Made by a program: the position numbers and the translations under genes
Notes under the pieces: model-generated
Databases searched by the model: none
What the model saw: only the letters and a program-made list of their open reading frames with translations
Told to the model about the DNA's origin: nothing
Shown: in pieces, positions 25,900-39,555 of the stretch
How positions within the stretch are numbered: the stretch's first letter is position 1
Layout of the letters: every line of letters begins with the position of its first letter
Source of the DNA: Gekko japonicus
Taxonomy: Eukaryota
Length of the DNA stretch: 64,000 nt
NCBI RefSeq assembly: GCF_001447785.1
Contig: NW_015168777.1
Span: 1 to 64,000 of the forward strand
Direction of reading: 5' to 3'

Positions 25900-28604
25900 G
25901 TGGAAGAAAAGAGCTTACCCTTTTGAAGGTGAAAAAATATCTCCTACTCCTAAGCAGTCAAAATGCCCCAATAAAATTATCAAACAGATTTGAATGCCTG
26001 AAGGAGGAGGGGGTGGAACCAGACTGTTCCTCAATCCAGGCTACTTCCACGGAAACCCAGAATTGCAATTTATCACCCCACTCAAGCATTATACATTCAG
26101 CCAAGCGCTCTGAGGAACTAGAATTGCTAATATGCCATACAACTCTGGTTGCACAATCCCTGCAAACAATTTTCACTTAACTAGAAAGAATTCTATCATT
26201 GTTGAAGATGGGAAGAGATTGTGCAACTAAAAGCACAAAGTATGCTCATGAAAGAATCAAACCTGATGGTGACAAGAAGGGGGGGGGCTATAAATACCTC
26301 TGCAAAGTCCAGAATCTAGAACTCTAGAAAACAAGCTGGAGGTTTATAAGAAAAAGGAGAACCATTTTTCTTTGACCTATGACTCAAAAAGCATTGTTGT
26401 AAATGTCCTGCCAATGAGGTGGAGATATATAGATCCAAATTGGAGGCCATTTGGCTTCCCTACTTAGGTCAGCCCCTGGACATATTGATCTTGCCCAAGT
26501 GGAAAGATTGGAAGGTCCCGCATGCTGTAATGGTTTTTCCTCCATTTCTGTACAGATAATATCCCATCATATTTATTTGCCAATGCTACCAGATATGATG
26601 GGCTAGGGATCAAACTACAAAGGCATTTTAAAAATTCTATAATTTGGAGGATAATCCCAAAATCAAGACCAACAGGATGTGAAAAGGCCAATAAAAACCA
26701 GCCCCCAGAGATGGCAGTAAATACAACAAATGCTTTGGCAATATTAGATCACCCAACTCCCCCAAATTTACCTTCTCCATTAAAGACAATGGATACAAGT
26801 AGATACAATAAAAGGCACCCATTGCTGGGGGATAGCCAGAATGATCAAAAGATTCAGGAGTCCAATTGGCCAGAAGAGGATGTTGAATCTCACCTATTAA
26901 TGTCCTTTGCGACTCTGCCAGTATGTGATCAAGATGCCCTGACAGACCTCCTAGATCTCCTAGTGTACACCTTGAAGCGTTTAAAAAGACCTACTGAGGA
27001 CAGGGAGAGGGAATCTGATGACAACTCTAATACCACCACATCATTAGTAAAATATATACAAGACATCTCCTTGAGAAAATAGAAACATGGCTGGAACAAG
27101 AAGAAATCATCCCATTAGAGCAGGTAGGCTTTAGGGCAGATAGGTTGACAACTGAGCATTGTCTAGTGTTGCAACAGCTAACTGAAAACTATGCTGCCAA
27201 AAGTCCCACCTCTTTGTATGCTGCTATCATTGATTTGAAGGCTGCTTTTGATTCAATCTCAAAACAAAGATTATGGCAAAAACTCAAACGTTCCACCATC
27301 GATAAAAGACTCGGGAGGGAACTCAGCACACTGTAATATGAGGGTGGAAAAAGCTGAGAAAACAGTACATGCTGTCTTGAGATTTTATTGTTCTAAGGGA
27401 GGGCTGTTCTAAGGGAGAGCTGTACGTAAGAACATAAGAGACGCCAACGTTGGATCAGGCCAAAGGCCCATCCAGTCCAACACTCAGTCACACAGTGGCC
27501 AAAAATACCAGGTGCCATCAGGAGTTCCACCAGTGTATGTTCTGGCAGCATTGACGTTTTTTCAAGCTCAAGTATTAGCACAGCTCCTTTACGGTATCTA
27601 CTTGGGCATTTCTGCCACTAATTTATGTGATCTTGAAAAGGTTCAATCCAAATTCATTTGCAAGGATTTGCAGGTTCCCCTGGCGGTGCCAAATGCACTT
27701 CTATGCCTAGAAACTGGTCTAATGAGGATAGAAGCCAGAGTACTGTTATCCTCTGCATATCAATAACTTAAGATAATTCAAATCAAAAAGGACGTCTTCC
27801 CCTAATAAACAAAGATTCCTACCAGCCAAGATGGATTGGAATGACCAAGACTAATTTAGAAAAAATGGGACTCTCGCCTGAGGATTTATTGGCACAAAAC
27901 AGCACACAGGCAAGAAGTATAATAAAACAAAGGATTTGTGATCTAGAGTGCCATGGTGATTTAAATCGAGCTCCTTCTTTTATGACCCATAATAACTTCA
28001 GATATGTAATGAATATGGCTAAATATTTGACTTATCTGGATGTGCCACCCTATAAAAGAGCTCTTACCTTGGCTCATTATGTGGCTATTTCATCTAAGGT
28101 TCTAGAGGGAAAAGATACCATATAAAGACAGGCACTGCCCGTGTTCTGTGGGTGAAGTGAAATAAATGTTCCACTAGGTTTTTTGCTGTCCTTTTCATCA
28201 AGTCTATAGGGATAGGCTTATTGCACACACACACCCCTTAAATAGACCAGCACTTGATGCAGAAAGTGCAGATCTAGAGAGACTTTTGGTAGAGGAAAAT
28301 CAGCAAATTTCCAGACAAGTAGCAAAATTTTGCTTGCAACTGGTAAAATTCCACAATAAGAAGTAGATCAAGTATAACACTCACCTTCTGCATGACTCAT
28401 AATTAGTTTTATTTTGATATAATGTATTGTTAAACTCTTCTCCTTTTAAAATTGTAATGATTTTAAGGTTATATGTTTAAATATGTCAAAATACTTTTGG
28501 AGCTGAAAGCTAAATTACTGGTATTTAATGGATATGTATTATTTTAATAAATGGTCCTTGCCTGCAAATAAACATCATTCATTCATTCATTCATTCATTC
28601 ATTC
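25900..28604 (+). mobile_element. Degenerate, internally deleted RTE-X-like LINE with (CATT)n tail
   Basis: EQVGFRADRLTTEHCLVLQQL..YAAIIDLKAAFDSISKQRLW (RT), QLLYG..EKVQSKF..PNALLCLETG, YKRALTLA; AATAAA then (CATT)n. 5' limit approximate. Confidence 0.8.
27428..27535 (-). mobile_element. CR1 3' end fragment inserted in the LINE
   Basis: Matches 46775-46890 (AAGAACATAAGA..GTTGGATCAGGCCAA..CAGTCCAAC). Confidence 0.8.
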
Positions 28605-29084
28605 TTCTTCTATGGCATTTGTCCTCAAAGGAGATCTGGTGGTATGCACTGCATTAATTTTATCTTCACAACAACCCTGTGAGTTAGGCTAGGAGAGAGA
28701 CTTGTAGGTTGTCTATGATAGTTCAGTGAGCTTGGTAGCTAAACGGGAATTTGGATTTGGGTTCTCCCTCATTTAAGCATACCATTCTGTCCTATGCACC
28801 AGGATGATATGCAGAGAATAGTCCTGATCAGGATACTTTCCCAAGATGCCTGTGAAACAAAGTGTCTCCATATAGGGAGCAAAGATACACAGTGAAAATA
28901 CTGTAGGTTTCTGTATTAATATAAACAGTAGATTTGAAATAAGAAATTGGAATTACTAACTTAAACCACTTCTCAGCTTTCCAATCATGTTAAATAAGCA
29001 CTGATATGAATAATTATTCACCTTTAAGATTTAAGGGGTTGTAAATTAGGACCATAATGACAAAAAGTGGTATGAATAGCCAAT

Positions 29085-29920
29085 AGAATTTATTGTGTTA
29101 GCCATAGGCCATAACAAAGTTACAGAGCATTCGAATACAGCAGTAATACAATACAATAAAATACATAAAGGAATAAAGCCTAAAATCACATACATAAGAT
29201 ATTAAATTATGCAGTAGAATAATGATGGGTTAAAATGACCTGCGTGTTATAAGAATGACCCCTGTGGTACCGCCCTGGCTGTAATCTTTTTGGCCACAAG
29301 GGCAAAGAGGGAAACTCTATAGGAAAAAGAGAAGAAGAAGAAGAGATTGGATTTATACCCCGCCCTTCACTTGGAGTCTCAGAGCAGCTTACAAACTCCT
29401 TTCCCTTCTCCTCCCCACAACAGACACCCTGTGAGGTGGGTGGGGCTGAGAGAACTCTGACACAAACTGCTCTTTCAGGAACAGCTGTGCCAGAGCTTGT
29501 GACTGACCCAAGGTCACATCAGTAGGTGCAAGTGGAGGAGTGGGGAATCAAACCCAGTTCTCCCAGGTTAGAGTCCGCACACTTAACCACTACACCAAAC
29601 TGGCTCTCGTAGGATACAAAATCATCAGTATCTGATAACAGAAATGCAGTCTTCTCATTTTCAGAATCCGCATTTATGGTAAATAAAATTCCTGTCAAGA
29701 ATCTGTCTCTGGGTGTGTTGTACAATGAGCAAGCTAAAATACAGTGGGGAAGGTTCTCAGTGGCTAGTGAGTCACAAATACATGTTCTGTTGGAATTTGA
29801 AAGTATTGACCCTCCTACAGTACTATGTACATTGTTTGGAAGCACAAGGCAAGGAAAGACACCCTGAGGTTATAATTGGAAATATTGAATAGGTAGGGTG
29901 ATCTAGAATGGTTGAATTTG
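29085..29920 (-). mobile_element. RTE-X-like LINE 3' fragment interrupted by a SINE
   Basis: RTCICDSLATENLPHCILACSLYNTPR Cys/His motif; reading frame resumes beyond the SINE (RVSLFALVAKK). Confidence 0.7.
29325..29608 (-). mobile_element. tRNA-derived SINE, Squam3-type, near full length
   Basis: Head GAGAGCCAGTTTGGTGTAGTGGTTAAG (A box), GGTTTGATTCC (B box), CORE-like CTCACAGGG, (TTC)n tail. Older related fragments near 6540, 19570-19760, 28640-28800, 31800-32050, 37520, 45120-45320, 62380-62580. Confidence 0.85.
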
Positions 29921-32606
29921 AATAATTTGTACCAAGGAGGAGGTGTATGAAAAGGTGAAAGGCCAAAAAAAGAAAAAAAAAGCAACAGAACAAAGCTCTC
30001 GGTAGTTAAGTTTGCCAGCCCCTCAGCACAGAAAGAAAACTTTAATTCCCCCGATAATTTTTCAGAGTGAGAAAACATCTGCTGAATTCTTATACAGCAG
30101 CTAGATAGTTCTGGCAGGCACATTTCCCTTCCTAACAACTTGGTTATTTCTGCTTCGGTGATTGTAGCAGTGTCTCCTTATAGTATCTTCCTGAAGTGCT
30201 CATTTTCTGTCAGAAGCACAGGTGGCAAGGGGAAAGTCAAACGACATGCCTTTCCAGCAGCTGTAAATTTTACTGTACAGTATCCAACCCAAACTAGACG
30301 GAAGAACTCCTGACCAGCAGATTATGTGAAAAAGCCCGTTAAGGCTCACCTCCAGCTCAGGTAAAAGTTAAGTGGCTTGTGATTTGTTTTTGTAGTTTCC
30401 ATTTTTGAAAAGGTGTACTGTGATTCTTCATTTCATCCGGCACTAAACATAGTGCTCTAGAAAAGATGGAAGGTGGCAGGGAAGAAAGGAACACTGAAGC
30501 AGTGATTCAGTTAGAAATGAATTAGCCACGATTCACTGAAATGTCATAAATGTACACAGTTTCCCTCCCCTCCTCCTTTGCATGTAGAGTGAATATTTAA
30601 TTTCTTTCTCTAAACCCCTGCTATTCAGAACACTATTGCAAGCCCCCTTTTGATATGCAGTAGAGTTTAAACAGCTGCAAATGTGGTTTTGGCAGTGGGT
30701 GTAGTTTGGGGAAACTGTATTCTCTGAATGGGGCTGGGTATGTGCTTGAAAAATTGCATCAACTCATGTGCAGACTCCTACCATGTAAAGCACTGTAAAA
30801 CATTCATTCCTCCTATTTTCTACTTCTTATCTACCTACACTATTCATTGTGTTATGGTACCCAGCAGTGTGATCATAAGAACAGTTTCCTGAGAGAAAGC
30901 CCATTGAATAGACTTGAGCAGGATTCTGAGTACACCAGCATAGGATTGCTCTCTAGAACATGGGATTAGGACTGGAGAGGTCTATGTTCAAGTTCCCACA
31001 TCGCCACAGAGTTCAATAGCAGATCAAATTTACTTCAGTCCAAGCCAGTTGAACTTCAAGGAGGATGGTAATGTAAGTGACCTTGAGTCAGTAAAACTGT
31101 TTAAGCTACTTCACACCATAAAATGGAGGTTGGGAGAAGTGTCCGTGCTGTATTGAGCTCCTTGGATAAATTTTGAGATGGAATTATAACAAACTCTGCT
31201 TCTTCTCTATAACACTACATGGTGACAATAATTGAAATGTGGCATGGTTAGTTCAACTTCAGTCATCGTAAAACACCTTGAGTTCTGCAAGGGAGAAAGG
31301 CAGCTAATAAATGTTTTAAATAAATGCAAATAGATAAATAAATAAGCAAACAAACTCCAAAATAGGAAGACCGTGGGAGGAAGGAGTCACAAATTTCAGG
31401 GGGAGGGAAGTTTTGTTGCTCCCCTCCAACTGAATTTTATTAAATTTCTTTATGTGTAAGTTTCCATTTTGGTAATTCAGAAGCCAGCAGAAGATTTTTC
31501 CAAATTTGAGCGTTTCCTCTAGATTTTAAGGCATAGTTATTTGCATTAATCTGGGCAATGACAAAGCCAGAGTCTGGCAATGGCAGAGGCTTAACATGTA
31601 AAGGATTTAATTCCAGGAAAAATACTTTAGATTTTCCAAAATCTTACCACCTGTCTTCACCAATGTAGGGTGTTGTTGTTTGTTTGTTTGTTGTTGTTGT
31701 TTTTAATAAATCATTATCATAAAAAGTCACACAGGGTGGGAGATTTACAGCTTTAATATTTAAACAAATGCACAGATGAGGGAGTTTTGTAGAAGGGATA
31801 ATGTATTTAGATATTAATACCTCACATTCCTCCCCAGTGGAGAGTGACAGCGGCTTACATCTTTCTCCCTTCCTCCATTTTATCCTTCCAATAACCAGCT
31901 TGTGAAAATAAGTATGACTGCGTATTCAGCAATAAAGTTTTTTTACGTTTTTTTTAAAAGTATGACCAGTCCAAGGTGATTCATTTAGCTTCCATGACAG
32001 AGTGGAAATTTGATCCTGGATCCTCGAGATTCTGGTCTGTTGTTCTAATACTGTAGGTCACTGTTGGAGTGAATATTTTGTATGTGTAGGATGTTCCAGG
32101 TTTGATCCCTGGCATCTCCAGTTAAAGGGTAGGAGTTGTTGTGAACAACTATTGTCTCCAGGATATAAACCTTAGAACTATTGCCCATCAGAATAGAACA
32201 TGCACTCCCAAAAAATCCCCCAGCTATTGGAAAAATTTGGCAATATGGCAGAAGTGCTTAGAAAACTGAAAATAGTCAAATCCTTCCATCAAATTCCTAT
32301 TAATTCTAAACCCACTATAATTAGGGTTGGCAGACACATTTGAGATAGGATTATAAAAATCACAAAAATTCAGAGTATACTATATGACTATAGAGTGTAT
32401 TCCAGACATTGTCACTGAGCTTTGTAAACCTGAAACTAAACAAAATGCATGCCATGTAACATAGGAAATAAATATCTGTTGTGACCTCAGTATGATTCAA
32501 GCTTCTTTTTCCTTCTCTAAACTTCCTTATTTCTCATGTTGCCTTTCTTGAATTGATAGCTTTTTTCTTCATTGCAACTGTGTACCATCCTCAGTACTGC
32601 AGACCT

Positions 32607-33575
32607 ATGGATCACAACAACAAGACTATCATCCGAGAATTTGTTTTAGTTGGGTTTCCAACCAGCATGGATCTGCAAGTGCTTCTATTTGTGATATTCC
32701 TGGTGATCTATGTCCTGACTCTCCTGGAGAACATTATTATCATTGCTGTCATCAAAACCAACCCTCAGCTTGACAAGCCCATGTACTTCTTCCTCAGCAA
32801 TCTCTCTTTCCTTGAGACATGGTATGTCTGTGTGATTGTCCCCAAACTATTGATTGATTTCCTAGTGGAAGACAAGAGCATCTCTTTTGAAGGGTGCATG
32901 ACTCAGCTCTACTTTTTCAGCTCCCTCATATGTACAGAGTGTGTTCTTCTGGCAGTCATGGCATATGATCGTTTTGTGGCAATTTGCAATCCATTACGTT
33001 ATCCAGCAGTCATGACCCAGCGCCTCTGCCTGCAGCTAGCAGTGGGTTCATGGTTAACTGGCTTCTTGGCCTCAATGCTAAAGGTTCTTTTCATATCTCG
33101 CCTGCCATTTTGTGGCCCTAATATTATTAACCACTTTTTCTGTGACATTTCTCCATTGCTAAATATGGCATGTGAGGATATGACAGTGGCTGAAATTGTG
33201 GATTTTGTCTTAGCTTTGATCATTCTGTTGGTCCCACTTTCGGTCACCATAGTTTCTTATATCTGCATTATTGGCACCATTTTGCGCATTCCCACTGTTC
33301 AAGGTCGGAAAAAGGCCTTCTCCACATGTGCTGCTCACCTTACTGTAGTTGTCATCTTCTTCTCAGCCACTCTATTCATGTATGCACGGCCAAAGAGGAT
33401 CCACCCTTTTGATCTCAACAAACTGGTGTCTATTGTATACACCATTGTCACTCCAATGCTGAACCCTTTCATTTATTGTTTGAGGAACCAAGAGGTCAAG
33501 GGAGCTCTCAAGAAAGTTTTCAAGAGCACTAGGTCTCTCCCCAAAGTTTTAATTCCAGTGACTGCTATTGAGTGA
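32607..33575 (+). CDS. Olfactory receptor OR6B-like, 322 aa, intact
   Basis: [68 protein letters not shown]; close paralog of 15638-16591. Confidence 0.93.
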   Translation: MDHNNKTIIREFVLVGFPTSMDLQVLLFVIFLVIYVLTLLENIIIIAVIKTNPQLDKPMYFFLSNLSFLETWYVCVIVPKLLIDFLVEDKSISFEGCMTQLYFFSSLICTECVLLAVMAYDRFVAICNPLRYPAVMTQRLCLQLAVGSWLTGFLASMLKVLFISRLPFCGPNIINHFFCDISPLLNMACEDMTVAEIVDFVLALIILLVPLSVTIVSYICIIGTILRIPTVQGRKKAFSTCAAHLTVVVIFFSATLFMYARPKRIHPFDLNKLVSIVYTIVTPMLNPFIYCLRNQEVKGALKKVFKSTRSLPKVLIPVTAIE

Positions 33576-35862
33576 GACAGATAGTTCTTAATGTTGTTGG
33601 AATTTCTTCATTTTTTGTTAAATTTACTCATTAAGGGTGTGCCTTTCAAGGGGAGGGATTGGCACCTGAAGAAAAAAATATGAGAAAACCCAGCCATTAT
33701 GGTGTTAAAAATGAAATATTTAATTATATAATTGATCACTCGTTGCCCTTTAATGGTAAACTGAAATCTACTGCCAGAAGTGAGCAGCCTCATCTTAATT
33801 AATGGTAGAACCAGCATGAACAATTCTAATATATATTATATATTATATTGTATCATACTTTTCAGCCAAAATTGTTTCCAAACTGATATATGCATTCTCG
33901 AGGTGAAAGTTGAAGCTTGCCTGACTGCCTCTAGCCATCCCTCTGATGGCAGTTGGAAGCCAGGCCTGGATCTGCCCCAGCCACATTTTGCAGTATTTAC
34001 CTCAAACTTATTTCCTCGCTACCCTTTAATTATTGTCATTGAACTGTATAGATATGAATCTGAGTTGAGCTGATTCCAGTCCAGTTCAAAGGTGAATTGA
34101 TTCATATGTGAGAAATGCTGACAGATATTATTGAGGAAAATAGGCAAATGAAAATAATCCAGATCAAGTTGAAATGTAACTTTTAAAATTGCATTTATAT
34201 TTTTTCAGCTATCAAGTCACATCAAATGTCTGTTTTTCAGTCACAGATTTCTCTCCTTTCTCATTTCCTCACATCATCATTGGAAGTATAGGAAAAGAAA
34301 AAAAACAACTTTAGAAAGCAAATTAAATACCGGAAACGTGTTGTTGGCTTCCTATTTCTTTCCCAGAGTCATTTCCTCTCCAGTTCAAGGATTCTAATGG
34401 GGCCTTAGCAGTTTGTGGGGAGAAAGACTGATCTCTGCCAACTTGTGGAAGAATCTGACATAATGAGGCATGGAAGTCACAGAGCAATTTAATAAATTTA
34501 ACAAATCACTTAATATATGAGGCTACACCTGACAACTAGTTCCAACTAATGTTGGCATTATGTGCTATGTAACATTGTAAAAGAACTATGAGGGGAGCAG
34601 GTGGAAGCATGGTTGACAATTCCATAGCACCTTTCCAGTTTTCCATGGGAGAACAACACATTTGAGAGGGGATGCCCTTTTGTTTGTTGTTTATTTATTC
34701 ATTTCTAGGATTCACACCCCACTTTTCTGTTCTAGTAAATGTCAAAGGCAACTAGCCTGACATGTCTTATTTCACACAGCAATGTGTTCCACTAACTCTT
34801 CATCAGAAGCAGTAAATGCTTATTTCTTTGACTTTTTTTTTTTTTACAGTGTCTAACATTGGGCTTTCACTGGAGTAACTCAGCATAAGACTGTGCAGCT
34901 TTTTGCCCAACCACCCACTGAATGAAAACACAACACCAATTATGGGTTAAACTGGGAACTATGTATAACAAGCTGATCTGCTGAACTAGTTGACTCTTTA
35001 AAGCACATGTTGTGATGGGCTTGCCAGGCAAGCCTCCTAACAGGGCAAAACCACCCCAGCTCAGAGCCAGTGCAGGACCATAGCCTGCATTGTGTGCACA
35101 GAGGAGATGGAGGGGCATAGTCCCCACCCTTGACTGCTTAGCCTTGAGGCTTGTCATATCCCCCCCAACTCCGAAGAGGCCCTTGCTGAGTTGCCCAGAC
35201 TGCATAGCCAATAGGGGACCCAGTTTGAGGACCCCCCATCACCGATATCTCAGGGAGCTTACCAATTTGAGCTCCCCTTAGCCTGTGCTTTTCCTGTCAA
35301 TCCAGTTAGGGCCTAACCAGATAAACCTGGCCCATCAGGACCATTCAAAGAAGGTTAGAAGACCCCCACCGGCCAATTTGAGTGAGGGCCCAAAGAATTC
35401 CTGCTCAGCCCCTTAACAGACAACCAGCTATATCCGGATGATCTCGAAAGAGGGAGGGAGGGAGGGAGGGTGGGGAGCTCGAGCTGAGCCAGAATGAGGG
35501 GAGGAGACAACTACAGCCCAGCCTAACCAGTGCACCTCCATCCCCTCGAAAGTATCCATGGAGCATTCCCCTATCAGCTAACACTCCCCCAGATGTTTTC
35601 TTCAGTGAGGGGGAGCATGCAAACACTAACTCCCATGCAGTTCAGCATGAACCGATCTTCTGCAGAAGTACTTCAGCAGAGTATACAAATCTAGAGACAC
35701 ATTTCCTTCCTTCATGGGTTGTGTTAGAATGGTTTTGTTGTTGTTTGTGTGTATGGTTAAATGCAAGCTAAATAAAAGGAAGAGCCAATTTATTATTATT
35801 CATTCGAGTCATTTATCCTTATATAAATGTTGCCTTTCTGCAAGATTGCTTTTGTGGCAGTA

Positions 35863-36214
35863 AGGTAAAGTTAAAGGTTCCCTTGCTCGAAAGCCAGTCG
35901 AGTCCGACTCTAGGGTTGTGGTGCTCATCTCCGTTTCCAAGCCGAAGAGCAAGCGCTGTCCGAAGTCATTTCCATGGTCATGTGGCCGGCATGACTAAAC
36001 ACCAAGGCGTACGGAACGCTGTTACCTTCCCACCAAAGTGGTACTTATTTATCTACTTGCAATTTCTTGCTTTCGAACTGCTAGGTTGGCAGGAGCTGGA
36101 ACTAGAGACGGGAGCTCACTCCATCATGTGGCAACTCGGGTCTCGAACTGCTGAACTACTGACCTTCCACATCCTGCAGTTCAGCATCTTAACCACTTGA
36201 GCCACCGCAGCTCC
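35863..36214 (-). mobile_element. Full-length Sauria SINE with 12-bp TSD
   Basis: tRNA-like head GGAGCTGCGGTGGCTCAAGTGGTTAAG, ACCTTT-type tail, TSD TTTGTGGCAGTA at 35851-35862 and 36215-36226. Confidence 0.92.
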
Positions 36215-37224
36215 TTTGTGGCAGTAGGGAGTAAATTAAAAACAAAAAACAACAATGTACAAAATAAAATAGTAAAACAGACCCACTTCTCAAAAGAAAA
36301 AATAATAATTTGAGATCCTTCTAAGATANNNNNNNNNNNNNNNNNNNNNNNNNNNNNNNNNNNNNNNNNNNNNNNNNNNNNNNNNNNNNNNNNNNNNNNN
36401 NNNNNNNNNNNNNNNNNNNNNNNNNNNNNNNNNNNNNNNNNNNNNNNNNNNNNNNNNNNNNAGTGTATATCTATCATGACNNNNNNNNNNGAGGGAGGGA
36501 GGGAGGGAGGGAGGAAGGAAGGAAGGAAGGAAGACCTTTAGGTCTTAAGTAGTGTTTATCAAACATGACTGGGATTATGACGAAGAAAGGAAGAATTCAG
36601 ACCAGAGAGGGTTAATACAAAACCAGCTGCTTTCTTGTAAATTGCCAGAATTCTCATGACTTGAACTAAAAACTTAGCTAAAATGATTAAATTTTCTATT
36701 TGTGAGTCTGCTAATAGTTTAGGAACTAGAATATCTACTGAAGACACTATCCACTGTAATGTCAAAGGTTTAATCCATTTCTGTTTCCCCTTGATATACT
36801 TTGTTGTTGTTCAATCGCACAGTTGGTAGGTTTAATGCTGTTGGTAGGTGTAATAAAATGGCAGTTACCTGTGTTTGTAAGATGGCTGCTGTCTGTGGTT
36901 GGTTGTTTAAAATGTTCCCCCATAAGGTTTAATTGAGCTGTCATTCCAGAGAGGGGCCTGCAGGGTTATCACTCACTGGGTTGAATGGGGTTTCCTCATC
37001 TGCTGGCCTACAGTTCCCAGCTGCCCCAAGGCCAAAAAGTGAGAAAAAAGAGGGACTATCCCAAGGGGCAGGGCAGCATCAATATAGATTCCAGCCCATC
37101 CAGCTGAGTTGTAAACTGGAGAGTTGAGACCGTTTCACCGTGGTAGGCAACCAAGCTTGGTTCAGACAAAGGAAGGAAACCCTTCACAGGCCTTTGTGAG
37201 GAACTTATTGTGGCCTGTCCTGAG

Positions 37225-37435
37225 TAGGGTTGCCAGCTCCAGGTAGGGAGATTCCTGGAGATTTTCTGGTAGAATCTATGGAAGCCAGGGTTTGGGGAGG
37301 GGAGAGGCCTCAGCTGAATGCCATAAAGCCCACCTTCCAAAGCAGTTATTTCCTCCAGGGGGAGAGGTCTGCTGTCTGGGGTTCAGCTGTGATACCTGGT
37401 GATCTTCAGGCTCCACCTGGAAGTTGGCTGCCCTA
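37225..37435. mobile_element. hAT-type MITE (TAGGGTTGCC family)
   Basis: TAGGGTTGCCAGC..GGCTGCCCTA; same family as 45565-45774. Confidence 0.7.
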
Positions 37436-37436
37436 G

Positions 37437-38438
37437 GCATAGCAGTCAGTGCTTCAGAGCAGGGTCTGCTAGAACCAGGTTCTTGCTGTAGAAGCTGAGT
37501 GGGTGATGTTGGACCAGTCACAGACTTTCAGCCTAACCTACCTCACAGGGTTGTTGTGCAAGTCAAACGGGGAGAGGAGAATGATGTAAGCTGCTTTGGT
37601 CCCCATTGCAGACAAAGACTACTTTTCCTCCTGGGTAGAGACTGAAGGTGGGTGGGAGATGGAAAGCTGAAGAGTGAGGGGGAAATAAAGGTAGGTTGAT
37701 GATTGGCTGGGAGGGAGATAGGGTTGCCAACTCCAGGTGGGAAATTCCTGGAGATTTGAGGGATGGAACCTGCAGTGGGTGAGGTTTGAGGAGGGGTGGG
37801 ACCTCATACAGGTACAATTAGCCGCCCCCCGCCCAACCTGCCATTCCCTCCTGGGGAACCAGTGTTGCCAATCTCCAGGTGAGAGGTGGAGATCACTCAG
37901 AATTACAACTGATCTCCAGGAGGGAGGGGGGAGGAGATGGAAAGCTGAAATCAGAGGGGCAGATAGTGGTAGGTTGATGTTAGGCTGGGAAGAAGATAGT
38001 GTTGCCAACTCCAGGTTGGGAAATTCCTGGAGATTTGAGGAGTGGAGCCTGGAGAGGGTGAGGTTTGAGGACCTCAGACAGGTACAATGCCATAGACTTC
38101 ACCCTCCAAACCAGACATTTTCTCCTGGGGAACCATTGTTTCCAATCTCCAGGTGAAGGGTGGAGATCACTCACAAATACAACTGATCTCCAGGAAGGAG
38201 GGCAGAAGTTAGCTTCAATCAGAGGGGCAGGTAATGGTAGGTTGATGGTTAGCTGGGATGAGGTTGCCAACTTCAGGTTGGAAAATTCCTGGGGATTTTA
38301 GGGGTTGAGCCTGGAGAGGGTGGGGTTTGAAGAGGTCACCACAGCAAATTGATGCTGAGTGCCCAAAGCCTTGGCACTCTCCCAGAGCCTCTTTCTAGAG
38401 CTTATTGTATTTATTTCCACAATGGGCCTTATTCCTAG
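37437..38438 (+). mobile_element. Helitron-like composite with about 278-bp tandem units
   Basis: Units start 37661 and 37939 with a partial third; 3' end ..TTGTATTTATTTCCACAATGGGCCTTATTCCTAG|T. Confidence 0.55.
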
Positions 38439-39350
38439 TATGCATATATTCCTAATCAGTACTGTGAAAATAAGGCTTTTGAGAATCTGATGGGGGGGGG
38501 GTGGTTATCCATACAACAACCCTGCCTGTAAGATGGGATAGGCTGAGGGGTGGGATTTAAACTATACAACAGAGTGAGGATCAGAACCCAGGCTTCACAC
38601 ATCCAGCATTCAATCCAGTGTACTATATTGCATAACAGCAAGCTTTTCACAAGCATTTGATAGGTGTATTTAGTGGATCCCTAATCACCCACCGAGAAAA
38701 GAGCAAAGTGGTAATGCCACTATGTGTAATCACTAAAGCATTCAAGCGTCTTACTCCTCTTGCAGATCTCTGGATCAAGCCTTCCTTTTATTAATTTAAT
38801 TTCATATTGTATGTAAGCAGTGAATCATCTTACTCATATATTTCAGCGAATCTCTAAACACTCCACAAATGCACTCACCCAAAGAGCAATTGCCACTTGA
38901 GATGGGTTTCTACTTGGTGGGCAAAGAGGAAAATGTCAAGCAGCTCCTGGTTTTCTGGATAGTGAGGAGGGCTGTAATCTCCAGGCCTTCCCTTATGAGG
39001 TTCTGTGGCAGCTACAGCCCATAATAAAGATAATAAAACATTACCTGGAAGAGACTAAAAAAGGAGAGATTGTGTAGCAACAGGGTTTTGTCCCACATGT
39101 GGGTCAGGCCATCTATGCAGAGCACATGATTTTGTTCCTGCTGTGCTGAGAGGCAGAAATCCTTTGTCATGGTTCTTAGTATTCGATGGTATTTAATAGA
39201 TGTAACACAATGATATTTGGGCTTAGATGAGACAAGAGGATGGAGGTCCTTTTATTTTAAGAAGTAGGCTCTCTGATATTTTTAAAGTTCATCAGTGACC
39301 AATGCATTCATCAGTTAATTTATATATAAGAAATAAATATATGCAGTCAA

Positions 39351-39555
39351 CAGTGTTCCCTCTAAGCTAAGTTGGTGTGAGGTAGCTCACAGTTTTTAGC
39401 CCCTGGCTCACACATTTTGGTCTTAGTCCAGGAAGGAGGGCTCCAGAGCACACTAATCTATGCAGTAGCCAAACAGCTCGCTCACAACTTTAATGCCAGT
39501 AGCTCACAAAGTTGAATTTTGGCTCACAAGACCCCACAGCTTAGAGGGAACATTG
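39351..39555. mobile_element. hAT MITE
   Basis: TIR CAGTGTTCCCTCTAAGCT / AGCTTAGAGGGAACATTG; TSD GCAGTCAA/GCAGTCAC. Confidence 0.85.

Noticed and set aside
35007-35720. Possible LTR
   Set aside because: GC-richer, repeat-like block, but no convincing termini, TSD or polyA signal.
37661-38330. CRISPR-like or coding tandem array
   Set aside because: Eukaryotic DNA; units are diverged MITE-derived repeats without unique spacers.
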